From contig NMRA01000217.1 of NCBI GenBank assembly GCA_002633005.1, positions 610,228 through 674,227 of the forward strand: DNA of 64,000 bases, read 5' to 3'. Position numbers and translations under genes: made by a program. Origin of the DNA: Phoronis australis. Lineage: Eukaryota > Animalia > Phoronida. Below the pieces are notes generated by a model that saw only the letters and a program-made list of their open reading frames with translations, was not told the origin of the DNA and made no database searches. Of this stretch, positions 1-13,835 are shown piece by piece; position 1 is the first letter of the stretch, and the number at the start of each line of letters is the position of its first letter.

Positions 1-1600
1 TAGATGGACAAAATAATTCGGCCTGGGTAGAGATTTTGCGGAATTCAAGTCAAATTGACATTGCTAGGGTGTTCAATCTAAGAAACTATTCTTTTTAATA
101 CTAGCCCAGTCCACAGGGAATCCTTTATGGAAAGATGTTTTTTCACCATCTGAGTTCGGTTGGATAGTAAACGAGGTCAAAAAAAGATGACAGAATACTG
201 CCAATGCCTTTATGGCATAACACAAAGGTTCCAATTTTAGGGAAACCAATATCTTACCCTACTTGGAATGAAAAGGGTGTGAGATTCTTAGGTGATTTAC
301 CTGACGAAAACGGAAATTTCTTGTCATACAGTTTTGCAGACAAATTTGCTTTTAAACCCTTTTTACACTCTATTGCAGGCTAAAAATCGGGTTGATCTGA
401 AACCCTCTTGACGCCCACACCCCTCGAACCCCTAAACCCAGACCCCTTCGACCCCCAACCCTCTCGACCCACGACTCCCGACCTGTGGCAATAGAAGTAT
501 TTGATGTGCGCTTTTTGCACATTTCATAATCTTATTACGTCGCTGAGTGACTTTCCCATAAGACATACTTACACGCGAGTCTGCTCTGGCTCAAGTCTGG
601 TTATTAAAAACAGATTGTGGCGTGAGAACGTGGTCTTAAATAACGCATTGTGAGCGCCTATCGTTGTCACGGAAATAGTTCCACGAGCGGCTAACAATAG
701 CCCAGTTCTGCTTAACTTAGGGCGAGAGTACGTTAACAGGAATAATTTCATATTTTTATCATTTGCTTTATGTTGTATATACGTCTACAATATGCACCAT
801 ATAACACTGAAATACACTTTAGTTAACAGTTTGTTTTTTCAAACTGTACTTAGTGATGAAGTTATAGTTTTGTCGGTTTCTCGCACTCTCCGCAAAAAGG
901 TTGAATCTGCCATTCACTGAGGAGCAGACGAGACGATTAGTGAACACACTCTGCTGGGAACGACATTTGTAACGTTGGTAGGTCTATCATTTGATTTGGT
1001 CGCGTTTTTTTCTGTTTTTGGCTTTCAAGCTTGCCGATTCGACTCTCTTAATTGCAAAAAAATGCCATTAAGAAAGTCGATTCGGCAAGTGAGCTTAGCT
1101 GGCTTTATTAATGAAACAGGGAAAAGCCAACTGAGCTCACGGCCAAACTCACTGGTTCTGTAACTCAGCGTTTGTTCTATGTTCAGATCGAGTCGAGCTT
1201 GTGTGCACTGGGTCGAGGGGGTTGTGGGTCGTCGGTCGACGGGGTTGTGGTTCGCGGGTGGTCTGTCGACGGATTGTACATGTATGTCGAGGGGGTGGAA
1301 CGTTGTGGGGTCGAAGGTTGTGGAGGTCGAGGGGACTTCAGAACAATTCCTAAAAAGTGCTAGCCTTGAAATTAACTGTCCAAAGTATATTTCTTCCAAG
1401 TGCAAAAGTCAAGTGTCTCAACCAGTTATCCCACAAGTCTGGCAAATTTTGGTGAAAAATTTGCATGGTACTCGTGATATATATGACATTTTTCTGGCAA
1501 CTCTGTGTCAAAAACCAAGAGGATTAGAAAAATATGAAAATGCTCTTGGTTGTGCAAGATCAATGACCGAATGGAACTTATATTTCCAAACATCCGTTTA
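1..1600 (+). mobile_element. Degenerate L1/Tx1-like LINE ORF2 C-terminal relic, interrupted by a MITE
   Basis: Fragments PLWHN, KGVRFLGDLPDENGNFLSY, then (after the MITE) LKSASLE...QKPRGLEKYENAL...EWNLYF. Frameshifts present; recognised by motif only. Confidence 0.45.
387..1350. mobile_element. MITE with imperfect TIRs and subterminal CCTCGACC arrays
   Basis: Left ggttgatctgaaaccctcttgac, right gtcgaggggacttcagaacaattcc; flanked by the direct repeat (c)taaaaa. Partial copy at 4475-4650; internal part also at 20900-21230 and 25310-25630. Confidence 0.7.
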
Positions 1601-3085
1601 ATGTACTTCAAACGTTACAATTAGATGGTTTCGAATAAGATTCGTACACAGAATTTTAGCTAAATATTCCAAAGGCGAAGATGCCGTAGCTAATACTGAT
1701 GGCAACAGTGGTGCACCGGAAATTATGTAAATGCAGTAGATAATTGATGTCCGTCGAACGTGCCACAAGGCGTCCATGGCACCCACTAGGCCAAGCATAA
1801 TTATGGACGCCACTGGCATAAATAATAAACGATGACACTAAAACTTTGCCATCATGTTAATGATAATATTAACATATCAACGTTATCATGATCACTATTA
1901 TCCTCAGCATCATTTTCAAAATGGATGACGAAATCCGTAAACCATTAGAGTCTTGTCCAACGGGGAGGGGCGGGGGGAGGGCAATCGACTAAGGAACTGT
2001 CAGTAAACAAAAGGACATTAAAAGTATCTAATAAGTCAAGAGCGGTCAGTTGTAGTTAACAATTGGCGATTTTTCCTGTAACTCCTAGCGAAATCTTCAT
2101 GTATCTACATGTACATACAGTGTACCACGATTCACAAAGGAGCGTCGAGGGACGCCCGAGTGTAAAAATGGCGAAACAATGGCCATCACAGCGTCACCGT
2201 ACATGTGCGTCCGGTTCAAATAAAATGCAACTATTCTCGAGATAATAAGAAGTCACATTCACGAGTCAATCGGACAAACACTATTGTAAAAAGATAGCAA
2301 GTTCTAAAACATTTTTGGGCTCTTCAAACCATAAAATCGCCTGCTTACACGCTGTTGTATTCCTATCACCAGTAAATCCCGAATATCCCGAGAAAGGCAA
2401 TCCAAGCAAAAACGGATGCCACGTTTATCACAGCCCTTATAGAGATCTTTTCACGTATGAAGTTTCAACAATTCAATCAAAAATGGTAGAGCTCTGGTGC
2501 AACAAACGATGAAGAAAAGTGCAATCGCCAAATACTTCAAAAGCCGTAAGTCATCACGACAAACCGTTATAACTACCCAAGTTGCCCTTGGCGGAGATCT
2601 ATGTACATTAACGATTGCAGAAGAATCATACAAAGGATCACGGACCTTGAGCTCTGCAAAGCGATTTTTTTGGTCGTCACAGCGCGTCCGATTACGCCCA
2701 AAACCATACGTGTATGCCGATCGGATGAAGATTGCAACGAGTGGCTGGCGTACAAACAAAGAACGAGCAAAAATTAATGACAGAGCCCCAGACTTGAGGA
2801 AATTTCATTTCACCAAGTAAAACGTATGAGAAAGTAACATACATGTACAAAGCATTTCAGAAAGTAAAAAATAATTAAAATGAAACAACAGCAAACGATA
2901 AAGTAGTTTAAAAGCAGTCTACGAGGGTAATTTTCAGCACAATGTGCAAGAAACCTTGATAGGCCCATATAATCGTCTTGAACTTCTATGATTAATTTCT
3001 CTACAAGAAAACATGTTTTCATTACATATGCAGGGAAAATGCTGAAGTCAATCTTCTTGATAATAGTGACAAACTAAGTCTTTAC

Positions 3086-3165
3086 CGCACAACTTGTCTT
3101 TGTCGACGGTAGCGGGACAACGCTCTCCCAATTTCCCGAGGGTGTAAGGATTTCCAGATCTGAAA
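3086..3165 (-). CDS. CAP gene exon: hinge region (G)FRSGNPYTLGKLGERCPATVDKDKLC
   Basis: ctacag acceptor (alternative in-frame tttcag acceptor would start the exon at 3159), gtaaag donor, phase 2 to 1. PY..G....CP......LC is the CRISP hinge pattern. Confidence 0.85.
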
Positions 3166-3649
3166 CTGTAGTCGACGAAATATTCTGTACTTTCACTTTG
3201 AGTGAAACACTTAAGCTCTGGCCTTAGTAGGCAGCTTCACACTCACTCCAACCCACGATTACCGTCACAATTTTACTGTATTCATTAGTTTTCTGCGTGC
3301 GAATATTAACAATCTGATCAGCCCATAAAATTATTCTTTATAATTGCACCGTTGCTATCAACTGTAAAGTTGTTTAGTGACTCAACTGCAAAATTTAACC
3401 AAGAAATACCGGCCGTGAAAATTTGTTTTTCAATTCAGGCTCAGAATAGAATTTTCAATAACGATTCACATATTCGTTGGGGGAAAAATGAAAATCGAAA
3501 CATGAATCACGTTCATACTGTATCTATAAAATATTGGAACGTCATCTTTAGTTTATAATTCAATTGGAATAGAACACTGGAACTGCAAACCTGAGCACGC
3601 ATCGTTCTTATCCAATTGACGTCGAGTTGTTATCATGATCTGTACTTAC

Positions 3650-3738
3650 CCGGGCCCGTAGTTACACACATAAAAGTGTCCCATGTCTCCACACAGGGAT
3701 TCACCACATCCGATTTGATAAACGTTATCTTGAACCAT
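3650..3738 (-). CDS. CAP gene exon: MVQDNVYQIGCGESLCGDMGHFYVCNYGPG
   Basis: tag acceptor, gtaagt donor, phase 0 to 2. Contains IGCG and YVCNYGP (CAP2 motif). Confidence 0.95.
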
Positions 3739-5594
3739 CTATAATATAACGGCCCTGTAGTGTTAACTGTATATACATGTACAAACGGTTGTTATGATGA
3801 CCTTAGACAAATTTTCAATTATGGCTTACTTCGGAAAATTCGTGTCTCAGAAATGACTGACGAAACTTTCTGACACTATAATTTGTACTCTGTTCTGCAA
3901 CACTATTTTAAGAATTGTTTTTAACGTGTTCCACGTTTGGGAAAGGGGCTATAAAAATGAGTTAAGCGATTTTTTGAAAAAAAATTAAATTGAATAAGAC
4001 GAAAACGAAATAAAAATTTAGCAAACTGTCACAGAGTTTTTGAGATTTCATCTTCAACATTTAAAAGATGGCTCAGTAGTTCTCCCAAAACAGGTCCCTA
4101 GCTTTATTTTACCAGGCCTTCCTGATTTTACTAATATTTTTTCTACTTGATTTAGGGACCAGAACCTTGCATTTACCTGCACGATTATATTTGCTGTTTA
4201 CTACCGTATATATGACGTCATTTTGACACTTTGGACCCAGGTAAAAAAAATCAACATTCCAATATTATAAACAATAGTAAGCAATAGGCCATATTTACAC
4301 TGTAAATTAAAAAGCTCTCTAAAAATATTTCCTGTCAGTAGATCCAGTCAATCTTAACCATTATCAGCCCGCCAACGGCATAGACGGGTGCAGCCGTTGT
4401 CGGAGCACACCGATTAATGCAAAAACGTAATCAAGTGTATTTTGATATTATTTTTCCATGCGGCAAAAATTTCACGGATTGCTCTGAAACCCTCTCGACC
4501 CACGACCCACAACCCCAACCTGTGGCAAAAGAGGTTTTTGACGTACGCTTTTTACACATTCCATAATCTTATTACGTCGCTGGGTGACTTTCCCATAAGA
4601 CATACCTACACGGTGGTCTGCTCTAGTGGCTTAAGTTTAGTTATTATAAACATCGGCCAAAATCTCAATTAACAGGTATCAGTATTGTAAGCATGAAATA
4701 ATCGATAAAAATCACAAAGCATACCTTTGTATAAGGTCATGCTTACTTCTTCTCATAGAAGCACCCTTTTCACGCAATCTCAGGTTCAGTTGGCAGGGCT
4801 GCAAGCCATTTCACGATGCATTTCAAGGGCTCGCGAAATCGAGGTTGCTTCATCTATCACCACTAGTACACGCGCGCCCTCTAGGGAAGTAAAGATTGCC
4901 CTATAGCCCCAATAGGGGCACCTCCACGATTAAGCGCACACGCTCAATTGCGGTGCCTTGCGCAAAGCAAAACATTAATTTTTAAAAATGCCGTCTAGCT
5001 CGAGTAATTTTTTGCAGAATAAAAATGGAATATCGTTTCATTTTCGTCACGTCTTCTTCAAGTACTTCTCAAAATGTCTTCCGTTGTTATTGTTGAGTGT
5101 AATTTTGCGTATATTATATTCTAGCGCATCTTTTATGTGAAACATTCCTCTGCAGTAAATCGAAAATTACACTGATACAAGTTACATTTCATTGACAATT
5201 TGAACCGCTTCGATAAGTTTGGCCTGTTCCAAAGTACAAGAGCAAATTGACACACGTAAAATTATTACGATAATTTGGGCCTGCAGTGTTGTCCCTAAAT
5301 GTCATAATTTTGAAGTTTTGACTATTTGGGAATTTGTGAGAATTTTGGATTGCACAGAGCTTAATACAGGTGAATATGTGCAAATTGAGTTTATGTCCTT
5401 ATCACGTACATGTTCGTTCTGTTTGGAAAGGGAAGAGCGTTGCTTATTTGGGGCACTCCGTGACTTGTCTTCCAGAAGTTCCTCCGAAAACAGAAAAGAC
5501 TGAATGACCACAGGTGGTTAATAAGATCAAACAGACCGTTGACAAAAATAAACGTACCCAGCGCCACCTGAAAGCGGGCGGGGTAACTGAAGTG

Positions 5595-5656
5595 GTGTGT
5601 GTGTGTGTGCGTGTGTGTGTGTGTACGTGTGTGTGCGTGTGTGTATGCGTGTGTGC
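5595..5656. repeat. (GT)n microsatellite
   Basis: Direct reading. Confidence 0.95.
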
Positions 5657-5804
5657 ACGTGCGCTTAGTGGGGAGGGGGTGTTATTTCTCGTACGGCACA
5701 GTGGCCGTGAGGAGAACGGGCGGCAAAAAGCACATTCCAACTTCTGTAAAAGTATTCTAACGACCTTAAAATTACAGAATGCGTTCAATGGACTTTACAC
5801 TGAC

Positions 5805-5947
5805 CATTGTATAATGCCCAGTTTTTGCCGGCCGGCCACTGTCGTAGACATAGTACTGCTTCTCAGAGGCCCAGAGCTTTATCATAGCAGGCCAATCGGT
5901 TTCTTGCTTGGTAAATTCTGCTATGTTCTGGCTGACATGGAAACGAC
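5805..5947 (-). CDS. CAP gene exon: GRFHVSQNIAEFTKQETDWPAMIKLWASEKQYYVYDSGRPAKTGHYTM
   Basis: ttttag acceptor, gtcagt donor, phase 1 to 0. Contains SQNIA (CAP4-like), W..E and GHYT (CAP1). Lies within ORF 5772..5969. Confidence 0.95.
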
Positions 5948-7541
5948 CTAAAACATAAGAAAGTTCCACAGAAAGTTTGTCTAAGAACTGAAATTCGTCA
6001 TTATTTTAGATTCATCGTGTTTCGAGTTAAAAAAATTATCTTTCAGGTTCAGTATAAAACCTTCAAAACCTCATCGTGCCGCAAACACCGCGTACCTACG
6101 CACCACACTACTTAATTAAATCTGAAGCACGCAGGCTTCAGTTAACTGTATCTAGCACAAAATTCAATGGTGGACAGTTCTGTCCAAGTCATCGGTTAAA
6201 TGACTCTCATCAGAAGTTGTTCTAGCTCGAGGATGCACAAATCCGAAGCTGCACTAGTCCCCAAATTGTGTATGTTGCTCTGTGCACGATTAATTGAATA
6301 GACGTGAAAACGTTTTCAAAACTGTTACTGTGTTTTTACCTTCCTGACACATCGAAGACGTCACGATATGAAAGGAAACAAAGTGAATGATATCATTGTT
6401 GATTACGACTTACTATGGCTCATTCAGTTTCCAAAAAACACGAAGTGTGATTCATGGAAGTGAATTTTACCGTTCCCAAAATCTCAAATTTGAATTATTT
6501 TTCTTGCATCCGGCATTCACTTGACTCCAGCGATAGCTTCCCGGCGCATTGTCTTGACTCCAGCGATGGCTTACCGTCGCATAATTGACTTTCTTAGAAT
6601 CCCGACAAAATTGCATTTTAATGTTCAGTTCCGCCTTATTATAAGGCTTTCGGACTATTGCACCTTCGAATATTGAGCTGCTCCCAAGCCAGTCATCGAT
6701 GTTTTCCGCTTTGTGTAAGAACTGAAAAATTCCCTGGCAAAACAAATCCTCACACTGACGATATTGATTACATGAATTCATGAACAGACAGTGTTTGAAC
6801 CTGTTGCATTCGAATGCTGTATTGTCATTGAGCCACCACACTGGGTATATTTGGTAACAATAAAATCAGTTTTGAGATGCAGTTGTCATCCATGCACAAC
6901 TTTTAATTTTTTTTGTGTGTCTAATTCTTGGCTTCCGGGAGCTTTGAGACGATATCCTTTTCAAACAATAACGGAGTACACGAGAATCGCTGTGAAACAG
7001 GTTATTTCAATTCAAACAGTGATGTGAAACGGAATTCTTGCCTTAAACAATTCTCGTCACTAATTGTCGGTTTTCTTTTAATAATCGCGAAACGCTTTTC
7101 AAGCTATCAGGTGTGATCGAGATGATGACTTTGAGTACTACTCTTCAAAGCTCTCACAATACATGTAGATTACCGGAAAAGAATGTCTAAAGTGACGTCA
7201 CGCTGATGAATCTTCAAAGATGTTTGAAAATATCTAATCTTGTTGGCTGACAACAAGGGTCTTGTTACGTATATCCGCCTTAATATTCTGAAAAATGGAG
7301 GACCGTGACTAATTTTTCAATTATTCTTTGAAAAATACATACTGTACCTATCGAGGACCTACTATAACGGGTAAGGATATAACTTTAATTCGCTTTACTA
7401 AATATCTGTAACACGGTGTTACGCCGGTAAACACGGAACCGAAAGTGATTTTCAGAGACAGTGAAGTACATAGTTGCTAGCCTCGTCAAGTCGACAACCT
7501 ATTCAGATCTGACATGTGTATAATACCAAAGACTACACTAC

Positions 7542-7626
7542 CTGGTATATCTCGATTACTGTCATGCACAAACAAACACGCTTCAGCCCACCGTTGAGCC
7601 ACCATAGCAATCTCATCGTCCCATCT
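7542..7626 (-). CDS. CAP gene exon: RWDDEIAMVAQRWAEACLFVHDSNRDIP
   Basis: ccgtag acceptor, gtagt donor, phase 0 to 1. WD..A..AQ.WA..C...H is the CAP signature. Confidence 0.95.
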
Positions 7627-9795
7627 CTACGGAATTATCAACATAACAGAAAAAAAGTGAATTCTCTGTGACCATAGAACGTTATAGGGAAGGAGTCGCA
7701 ACTCTCGCACTCTCCATGCATTCTCGTGTTAGAGCATGCGACCCCAATATTTCATGGGACTGGCCATAAGGGTTTGCATTGTGACTTTCCTACTGAGTTT
7801 TGACTGAGTGTATTCCGCAGATTTGGTTAGATACCCTTTACCACTCTGAATGTGTTAAACAAAAAATCCCCACAATTTTGACTCCACTGTTGCATATTGT
7901 CAATGCTCAAACAGGGTGCTCAAATTTTAGGAACACATTTGTCAGAAATTTGAACGCCCCAAATAGGCTTGTGGACAGTTCCAGGCAGACGTGATCTAGA
8001 GATTTAAACCTTACTCCTGATGATATTTTGATTGATCCTAAATTTATCGAATACCGTAAGTTTTAACGTTAGGTACATATTTAAGGTATTTTCAGTACAA
8101 TACTGTACGCCGTATTATGCAACAAATGTCTATTTAACGTTAGTTGAATTTCAAGAGAATGTCTGGTGCTCTGACCATTTATTTGTGGAATGTAAATAGT
8201 TGAGAGGGTTGTGGAGGAAAGTTTGAGATGATTTCTTCACGACCGATTTTTTAAACGGCTTTGACATTCTACTTGGGAATACTGAATGTAAGAACAATAT
8301 AAATCTTGTAGTTTTAAATTAACAAAAACGTCACTTATCAACGTAGAATGCAGTACAAATAAATTCCGTTAACAACTGATGCCACTAAAGTTTTGAAAAA
8401 CTGTAGAAAAATGTAATTTACTATAAGTAAAATCAATGGTACATTAGAAAAATCACAACTTAGTACAATTATAACGGTAGAAAATGTTTTTATATGTTGA
8501 TGTACGTTCGTATTGTAATTGTTAGTTTGTTACAATAGATGTTTGGAAAAATAATTTAAAAACTTGGCGGAGTGTTGTACCTTTAATTATCAAATTAAGC
8601 CTAATTTCATGCCACGTTTTCGTTTTGTCATTTCTATTCACAGTGGCAACACCAGGCAAGACTACATGTAGGTAGGCCTACAGTTCCTGACAACTAGGAA
8701 TTTGTCGCCAAACTTAGTCAATAAACCCGACAATGTCACCGGTTGACTTACGAACCAAACTGTGATCTTAGCATGGACGCCAGGTATAACGTGTCCATTT
8801 TCAGCTCCATTCATAGAACCACTTTGGACAACCTAGGACTTCTTCAACAAGACATTTTTGCGTGTCAAATTCACCACTGTAAATTGCTTTGAACTTATAC
8901 CGCTCATGAAAAGTGATTATGGTCTTTCAAAGAACTGATTGCTCATAATTTTTTCATAACAATATAAAACATTCACGTCACGTCGTCAAGATTCATTTTC
9001 TTGTTCTAACAAAATAAGGAACGCCCAGGCCTTACAAAGCCCAGATATTGCTTCTAAACTCCGTGAGAATAGAACAAGATAAGACCATCTTTATAACACT
9101 ACAAGTCAAAACTTGTAATATATTTTTGTCTGAAAGCACTGGTCTAATGCCGCTTTAAGTGATGTCACATGTTACGGACGGCATGAATAACCGACAATAA
9201 CATAGACAATTCTTACGCTAACAAGCTTTGCACGTAAGTGAACGTGAAAGCGTGCGCTGTTCACCCCCAGAGTATGCAACCAATTCCTCCGCACATCAAA
9301 GGCTTGGTTGCTCAATCAAAGACTGAGGTGAGCTGGTCTCTATTCATGGGCTTGGCCGTATTTGATGAGATAATGTTGGTTGTAAACCAACGCGCATGCT
9401 TAGGGTATAAGTAAAGTCAGAAAACGAGCAATAAGTTAGGAAATCGACCTAAATGACTGTTTTTGGCAATTGAAAAGTAAATACAAGCCATCTTCAAATT
9501 CATAAATTCATTATAGAAGATATTAGCGAGCATCTTTTACACCAGCGCGGCTAAGCCACGCACATTAATTTGTGATTCGATTAGGACGGATTAGGTACAT
9601 GTACAGTTTGGTTTCAGCTTGCTTAGTCCTTGCTTAGACAGCAAATGTTAGCATAAGAGTCTTCTCAAGGACTACATGAATATTAGTCCATGCTGACGTA
9701 ATTGCTTCAAGTCACCCAAATCCAGATTTCATGTTTTAATGTGACTGAGCAGTCTTGATTTTCAGAACAGTCAACTCAAAACTAACACGTCTTAC

Positions 9796-9884
9796 CATCT
9801 TCATCATGTATGAGGCTTCCGACACTTCTGAACGTATTTTGTTGTGCATGTACACTATTAATTTCTTGTCTTCATCACGGACTC
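9796..9884 (-). CDS. CAP gene exon: GVRDEDKKLIVYMHNKIRSEVSEASYMMKM
   Basis: tttcag acceptor, gtaaga donor, phase 1 to 0. Contains HNxxR (CAP3 motif) and A..M.KM. Confidence 0.95.
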
Positions 9885-10443
9885 CTGAAAATAGTGTAAG
9901 TAGCACGTGAAAATAAATGTTTTAGAAGAAGAATCAAAGTGATGAGAAGAGTTACTAAATAAATGAAGTTAATCTGTAATGTAACCATTGCTAAAGACAA
10001 ATAAACCCAAGCCAGCTGTCCAAAACCTGGATTATACAGACCATTTGCTTTATTAAACTGGTCACATCATCCTCCATACTCCGACAAGAAATGATTTCTT
10101 CATCTGATTTCAAATAGTTTGCATTTTTCCTTAGGCATTTGTACGTCCCTCCCCATAGTAGTAGAAATTTACAGGAAAGGTATTAAAACGCTGAAGGTTG
10201 AAACCTCCCGACCGCATTACACAGGATGTTTAGGTGGCACCGAACGCCTATCCACCTAAGCCCTGGTCGCAGACATGATAGGGAATTTCAATATGGCGTG
10301 GCTATTTCGAATATCAGCAGTTGTGCTGTAAAAAGGATAAACATTACTGCATTGCGATGACGCCCTATTAACGCACAGCATTGTGGGTAAATTCAACAGT
10401 GTTAAATCTGCAAGTGACTATATATTCTCAGTTGAATAATTAC

Positions 10444-10563
10444 CTGTAATACTAGTATGTTTCGGCGACCTGGACAAGCAAGCTGAATGTTGACCAGAAA
10501 AGTGATGTTTGTATTTGTCCTCACAAGTGCCGGGCCGTCTTTGAGGGAGTGTTTTTGCTGCCA
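10444..10563 (-). CDS. CAP gene exon: pre-CAP segment MAAKTLPQRRPGTCEDKYKHHFSGQHSACLSRSPKHTSIT
   Basis: ttacag acceptor, gtaatt donor, 120 bp, phase 1-1, open frame. C..KY...H.ACL is typical N-terminal of invertebrate CAP domains. Confidence 0.88.
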
Positions 10564-12705
10564 CTGTAACAAAATCAACTACAGTATGCCAAGGATCTAA
10601 CTGCGCTAAATACAGCCAGCCTTGATTAGCACGGGATCATCCTGAAATGTTCCTCCGTGGTTCATGTGTCCCGGTTTCTATGTGTGTCCCGGAATATATG
10701 TTCCCATTTCATACTTATCGGAGCGCTATGTGTCCAGTTTTCTGTGCATCCGACAGGATTCTGTGTGTCCCAGGTTCTGCGTGTCCCGGACTGGTAGTTG
10801 TGATTAGAAAATGTAATAGCTGCATGTATTTGAAAGCCAGCATACGGGCACGGATGCATCATTCAAATACACTTGGTAGCATCAAAACGTGACTGAGAAA
10901 ATGAATGTGATTGCAGTAGTTTTCCACCAGTTTATTCTTCTTCAAGGTTTTACAGGAATGCATGCTATCCACGTTTAAGTCAATGTCCAATAGTAGAGAA
11001 TGGGTTGTATAGATGCCACGCACTCGTTTGGGGGTTACGACCGCTCCCGGTAGAGAGATTGGAATCAGACATTGGGCTGAAATAATCGACGAATTACAAA
11101 GGCACAAAGCTTTCGTCATTTTGGAACAAACAAGACAAAAATAAAATCCGGTTAGTATCACAATAATTAGCCTGCTATGATCGTTGCTGACAAGAAAGAA
11201 ATAAAATCAGGACAGCCCGAGTCAAAACTTCGGTTAGATATACAGTTCGAAGCACATATTACTCGACACCACAATGGTTAGAAAACGAAACCGTCATTAC
11301 ATGTATATAAAAGGCTTTAGTCACCACTCTGACATCGGGACTGTCAATCAGTCAAGACTGGCTGGACCTTGCTTACAACAGTTTTCTTGTGCATATGTGT
11401 CCGTACTTCAGTGTTTGTGCGGCACATGATGCGTAGGGCCGTTGACGATGCAATTGGCTAAATGTACTACTTAGGTACCAAGGATTCAAAAAAAAAATCA
11501 GAGACAACCCAGTTGATGACATGATTCACACATGGTTGCTATGTTGCAAAACGTCATCAGTTGATCGTTACAAGGTAATTTAAATCTATTGCTGAATAAA
11601 AAGGTACAATTCAAGCACACAGAAACATAATAGACACAACCAATTACACGGATATTAAAATTCTAGATTTTAGTAGATTCTGTTGGTAGGGGTATAGTGA
11701 CTCGTTTGAGTTCGAGTTCGGTTTCAGTGATTATATTTTGGCCCCTGATTATTCCACACCTTTCTTAAAACAGGCATTATTTTCATTGCTTTTTAATAAA
11801 CATTTTCAAATTATTGAATAAATAAAGCAATTAGTCGATGTCAGAACTTTACAGTAGTTTTATAATATTATCGCAAAATTTGATGCACAATTTCGAATGA
11901 GACTGATAGGCATTTTCTCCGAAGTTTGGAGACTTGCTTAACCAGCAACCACTGAAAAGACGATTTTTTTCAATAGGCGGCCATTGGTTTATGATCCACA
12001 GTACGATTGATGGTTGTGGGAGAAGTCCGATGCCCTATTAAGCAAAATCAATAAAATTGGCAATAATTATTTGCGTATGGAAGGTATATTGTCCACAAGT
12101 CACAGTTAGAACCATGTTTAACAATGCTGATAGCGCTTCACAAGATCTACTCAGACACTGCGTGTAAATTACAAACAGATCCGTCAAGAGAAAACCTAGA
12201 CACGTCACAGAAACTCAGTTGCGGCGGTCATCAGAAACTTTCGATTAACTTTGGAGAACGACAAGTTGTAGCAAGAATCATATCACGTATTTTCTTTCGC
12301 GCTCAACGAGACACCTAAACAGAATTTTTCAGAAGAATCCATCAACGGACCGCAGCAGTACATGTAGATATCAGTGAAGCAATATGCCAAAACTGGCCAC
12401 TAAAGCGCATTCCTCGAGCCGATTTTAACCAAGAACAACAACCTTCGAGCAATTAACAAATCGCATATCGAGTCTAAATTTTATGCTGAATGATAATAAT
12501 GCAACTTGTAGCGAACGTAAAAATGATGGCAAAACAGCAAACTTGGAGAAGCTACATGTACACTGCTTCAGGTCAAATTTGTAAACGGATGAACATAATT
12601 GCCGAAACGTTTCCGCTAAATAATAGGAAGGGATTTGTATTTGGGATAAAACAACGGAGCTTTTTACGAATATTAGTAGAGATAAGAGCAAAGCCAGATA
12701 CATAC

Positions 12706-12726
12706 TTGTGGTTGGCATTGTTGCAA
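12706..12726 (-). CDS. 21-bp microexon (I)ATMPTT
   Basis: ctcgtttcag TTGCAACAATGCCAACCACAA gtatgt; phase 1-1. Confidence 0.78.
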
Positions 12727-12958
12727 CTGAAACGAGATTATGATCTCAGGGTTAAAAAGCAGTTAGCAATAAGACGATTTCGGGATATGCAATCAAACAA
12801 GAAACGTTTTTTTGCTAACCATCGACAAAAATATTTGAAGTTGTTGTTGCATCAAAAACGAAAGTGTGGCCGTTGGATATCAAGGAAAAAAACAAACAGT
12901 ATGATATGAAACAAAACGACGTTTTTGTACGTTGACAACGATTTGAGAAGAAACTTAC

Positions 12959-12991
12959 TCGTAGTTGTTGTTGTTGTCGTTGTTGTTGATC
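12959..12991 (-). CDS. 33-bp microexon (G)STTTTTTTTT
   Basis: ctcgttttag acceptor, gtaagt donor; phase 1-1; poly-Thr. Confidence 0.8.
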
Positions 12992-13613
12992 CTAAAACGA
13001 GAAACAAGTGCTGCTTTACTTGATTTATTATTGAATTCCCTACACAATAATTAAGGTATTAAAGTCTTAATGGACTGATGACTTACCCAGACATTCGGCC
13101 ATCACTCTCACGAGTACATGTATATTTCGTGGCGCTTTGTGAGCTATGCTGTAGTTGCATGAAAAGTTATCTGCTTTGGTACACATGTACATGTATGCAA
13201 CGCTTGGTTTGCCTGAGCTCATCTCAGTTACAACAGCAACTTTGATAAATAATTGTAGACCGATTTTAACCATCGAGAAAAACTCGGTTTCATAGAGCTC
13301 TTCGAGTCATCTGCTATTTTTTCATATATTTCAAAACCACTTTCATCAGGCACTGTGCTAATACCACTGTATGCGTGCTGATAATTAGCCTGATTAATTA
13401 CCAGAACTCAGTAATTCACGCAAATGTGTACAGCGTTGTCCACTGGGGCTCTGTTGGCTAACCGAGATTTGTTCACCCTGTTTGGCTCTTTGTCGAGTTC
13501 TTAGTATGAGGAAAAAGGCTACGTACACGTAGTCTAGTCCTTAGTGTTTTAAAACATTTTGTGTGGATCGATGTCGTAACGACCCTCTTCACAATCGACA
13601 ATTTTGTAACCTG

Positions 13614-13835
13614 GGGCCCGTTCTAAGAAAACTGACCTAGGTAAGAAAATAACTTATTAAACTCCAGTACTTTTTAGCACAAAACTTCAATTTGTTTCAA
13701 GTGTCTTTCAAGAAAATTGTAAAATTGACTTCGATTTTTTACTTAATTTTGACTAACTTACGGAGTTTGGATGTTGAGACAAATCTGAGACTTAGGTCAA
13801 AAAGCGATCTCAAGTCAGTTTTTTGGAATTGGCCC
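13614..13835. mobile_element. Short Harbinger-like MITE
   Basis: TIRs gggcccgttctaagaaaactgac / gtcagttttttggaattggccc. Confidence 0.6.

Noticed and set aside
1598-2770. Hydrophobic minus-strand ORFs resembling GPCR transmembrane segments
   Set aside because: Interrupted by stops, motifs out of order, and no consistent splice sites. No EGF-like continuation of the CAP gene was found here either.
5444-5951. ORFs with HT/CV dipeptide runs
   Set aside because: (GT)n microsatellite. Only the minus-strand exon 5805-5947 is real coding sequence.
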